Assembly (NCBI RefSeq): GCF_036971445.1
Contig: NC_091477.1
Span: 97,030,001 to 97,094,000 of the forward strand
Source of the DNA: Narcine bancroftii
Taxonomy: Eukaryota
DNA length: 64,000 nucleotides
Direction: 5' to 3'
A program made the translations under genes and the position numbers. Position 1 is the stretch's first letter. Each line of letters begins with the position of its first letter. The notes beneath the pieces were generated by a model. The model was not told where the DNA came from. It searched no databases and saw only the letters and a program-made list of their open reading frames with translations. Positions 61,639 to 64,000 of the stretch are shown here, piece by piece.

Positions 61639-61823
61639 TGGCTGGAAATGTGCCTGGTGTGACCTGAGGGAGAACCTTTGGTTAAACTTGACAGATGGTC
61701 ACATATTGTGTGGGAAATGGTTCTTTGATGGCAGTGGCGGCAATGGACATGCTCTGGAACATTACCGAAAGAAAAAATATCCTTTGGCAGTTAAATTGGG
61801 AACGATTAGTCCAGATGGTGCGG
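61639..61823 (+). CDS. USP13: USP13 exon 6 (ZnF-UBP domain); gene continues past the window
   Basis: [61 protein letters not shown]; CGKWFFD is USP13-type (USP5 has CGRRYFD). Confidence 0.97.
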
Positions 61824-64000
61824 GTAAGATGATTTTTCTTGAAAACTAAAATATGATTTGCTGAGTTGGATGAGTTTGCAGTTAGTTCTGATTCTGAAGT
61901 AATTTTTAAAAAATTCTCTGAATTGTAAATTCTATTTTTCATTCTTTTTTTTTAAAAATGATTTATGTAAAATTAAAATGTACCAGTTATCCCTCAGATA
62001 ACACAGAATGAAAAATAGTTGTATCATTTTCTTTTACATGTTCTAATTTCCTTTTATTTGCTCAAAAAGGCACACAAATTGGTTTCACCAGTCCAGTGCC
62101 CATATCAAAAAGTGAAAGAGAAGCAACAGAGCCCCTTCAGAGATATTGAGTGCCCATGGATCCTATCACCTTCTCCAATGCCACAGCCTCCTGTATTCAC
62201 AAAACCTTCATAGCCGCATGGCCACTCTTCCGTTTCAGCGGAAAATCTGAGCTCAAGGCATCCACATCACTCTCCTTGGCCCCTAGTACTGAACCCCTAA
62301 TTAGGAAGTTGTTCAGGAGCCCTGTTTGACATCAACACCCTCATAAATCCCAATACCTGGTTCCCATGAGCTAGTCCCCAGCCTGGTGTGAGACTTTTGA
62401 CTGCCATTCCTCACACTGGTTCACTGCTGTGGTCTCCTACCATGTAGTGTTTTCTCCAGACTTTCCCTTCTTTGTGGGGGGAGGGCATATCTTGTGCTTG
62501 TCCTCTGCTCCCTCAGAGCCCACAATTTTTGAGGTCTAGGAGAGCCATTCTCACCGGGGGCTCTATGGAACTCCCCCATCCCAAGGCCAGAGCATACTTC
62601 AGGAGGTGTCAGAGATATATCTAGGGAAAATAGTGCCTTTGGCAAGCACTGAAATTGCACCCCTCCTCTTAAAACTAACTTATTTCAACCCTTCATCCCG
62701 CAACCATCCCTTGCTGCTGCCATGCCATCCACTTTGCTTCCCCTACCTGTCCTCACTGCCTCCTCTCTGCAATGTGCTCCTCGTCCTCTCATTTCACCTT
62801 CCCCACATCTCTGGGAGGGAGGATTGCAACATGCTCTGCGTGCACGTGTGTGTATGAACACTGGTCAATGTTTGCTGACTCTCTCCCCCCCCCCCCCCCC
62901 AGAGTTCCATGCTACTCAATGTGCACTACTTTTGTCGACACTCAGTGAGTCCTTTGTGATTTCAGTGCCTGCCATCCTCCACTATGCAGAACCATTTATG
63001 GTATATAGTGGGTGGTGTGTGTCACACACACACACACACCCACGCACACACATGTGGATATGTCTGTGAGAGACAGATGGGAGCGAGAGAGAAATAGAGA
63101 ATGCAGGCAGGCAAGGAATTAGCCATCTTTCCCTTTAAAGCCCCCTTGTCCCAGTTTGCCTTGGTGTAATGAAAGGGCTATATGCATGGAGCATGAGTAG
63201 AGGGGTTTCTCTGCCACACAGAAATTGTTCGATATGCCGGAGATCTCCCATCAGCATCTTCTTACCAGGGGATTGTTTCTTGGCATCGGTTTCTGATATA
63301 GCACAGAGGCAGGGGGGATCTTTCCCTGCTGAAGGGATTAAATTATATGACTTGTGTCTGGGGAGGGGGAGAGGTAAGATCAGTGAGGCTGTGGCGGTTG
63401 GGCACCGGGAATTAGACGTGAGGGGGGTGAATGGGTGGCCCGGGCTAGGATCAGCAAGGCGAATGGGCATCGCGTCAGGCTTGGGAGTTAGATGTCAGGC
63501 TTACTCGGGCAGCAGCACAGTGGGGGCAGGATCAGTGGTCAGGTTGGTGGGCGACGAGCACGAGACGAAAGGCAAGGATCAGCGTTGGGCTTGTGAGTTC
63601 GATATTGGGCGGGCAAGGTGAGGACAATGGCTCCTCCTCTTCAAGTGGCTCCCAGGCCATGTGCACTGGCTTCTGTAGCCTAGATATGCCTATGGGAGGG
63701 ACCACAGAGTAAAACCATAAAATGCTTTTTATGTAGTCGGAAGGAGGGATGTGTGGAAGAAACCAACTAAATATTTGCTTCACAGAGAAGGAAGCCCATA
63801 AACTTTGAGCAGAGTCTAAGTGGGCCATAGCCAAATAAGGTTGAGAATGGCTGGTCTTGTGTACCAAGCATGGGTGCCATCTTGAGCATGGGCCTCTGTA
63901 CTTTCTCCAATGTGATGATGCAACCAGCTCCACTCTGCAGGCAGTATATACGTGTACATGGCTGTCGTGAGTGAAGGTTAGATAGTAGGACCCTGAGGAG

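Noticed and set aside
62060-64000. GC-richer region with 110-150-aa ORFs
   Set aside because: Looks like unclassified repeat fragments and microsatellites; no USP13 exon 7 or known domain recognised

Overview
Vertebrate nuclear DNA, most likely a cartilaginous fish (ray/shark), judged from exon sequences and the repeat complement (CR1, Rex1/Babar-like and Penelope-like retroelements, tRNA-derived SINEs, Gypsy LTRs). The window holds the conserved block MRPL47 (exon 1, minus strand) head-to-head with NDUFB5 (complete, 6 coding exons, 185 aa), followed by USP13 coding exons 1-6 (through most of the ZnF-UBP domain). The rest is intronic or intergenic and dominated by decayed transposons. Nearly all ORF-track ORFs are spurious or TE-derived. 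I found no convincing new protein-coding system. The best non-standard signals are: (1) a ~170-bp inverted repeat bracketing in-frame USP13 exon 2; (2) a dead partial duplicate of NDUFB5 exon 5 separated from the live exon by a retroelement tail; (3) a 36-nt U2 snRNA retro-fragment with a target-site duplication (TSD) and junction microhomology; (4) overlapping uORFs at USP13; (5) RT-less Gypsy proviruses, one nested in a larger LTR-like element. Gene and repeat-family calls come from recalled homology, not database searches.
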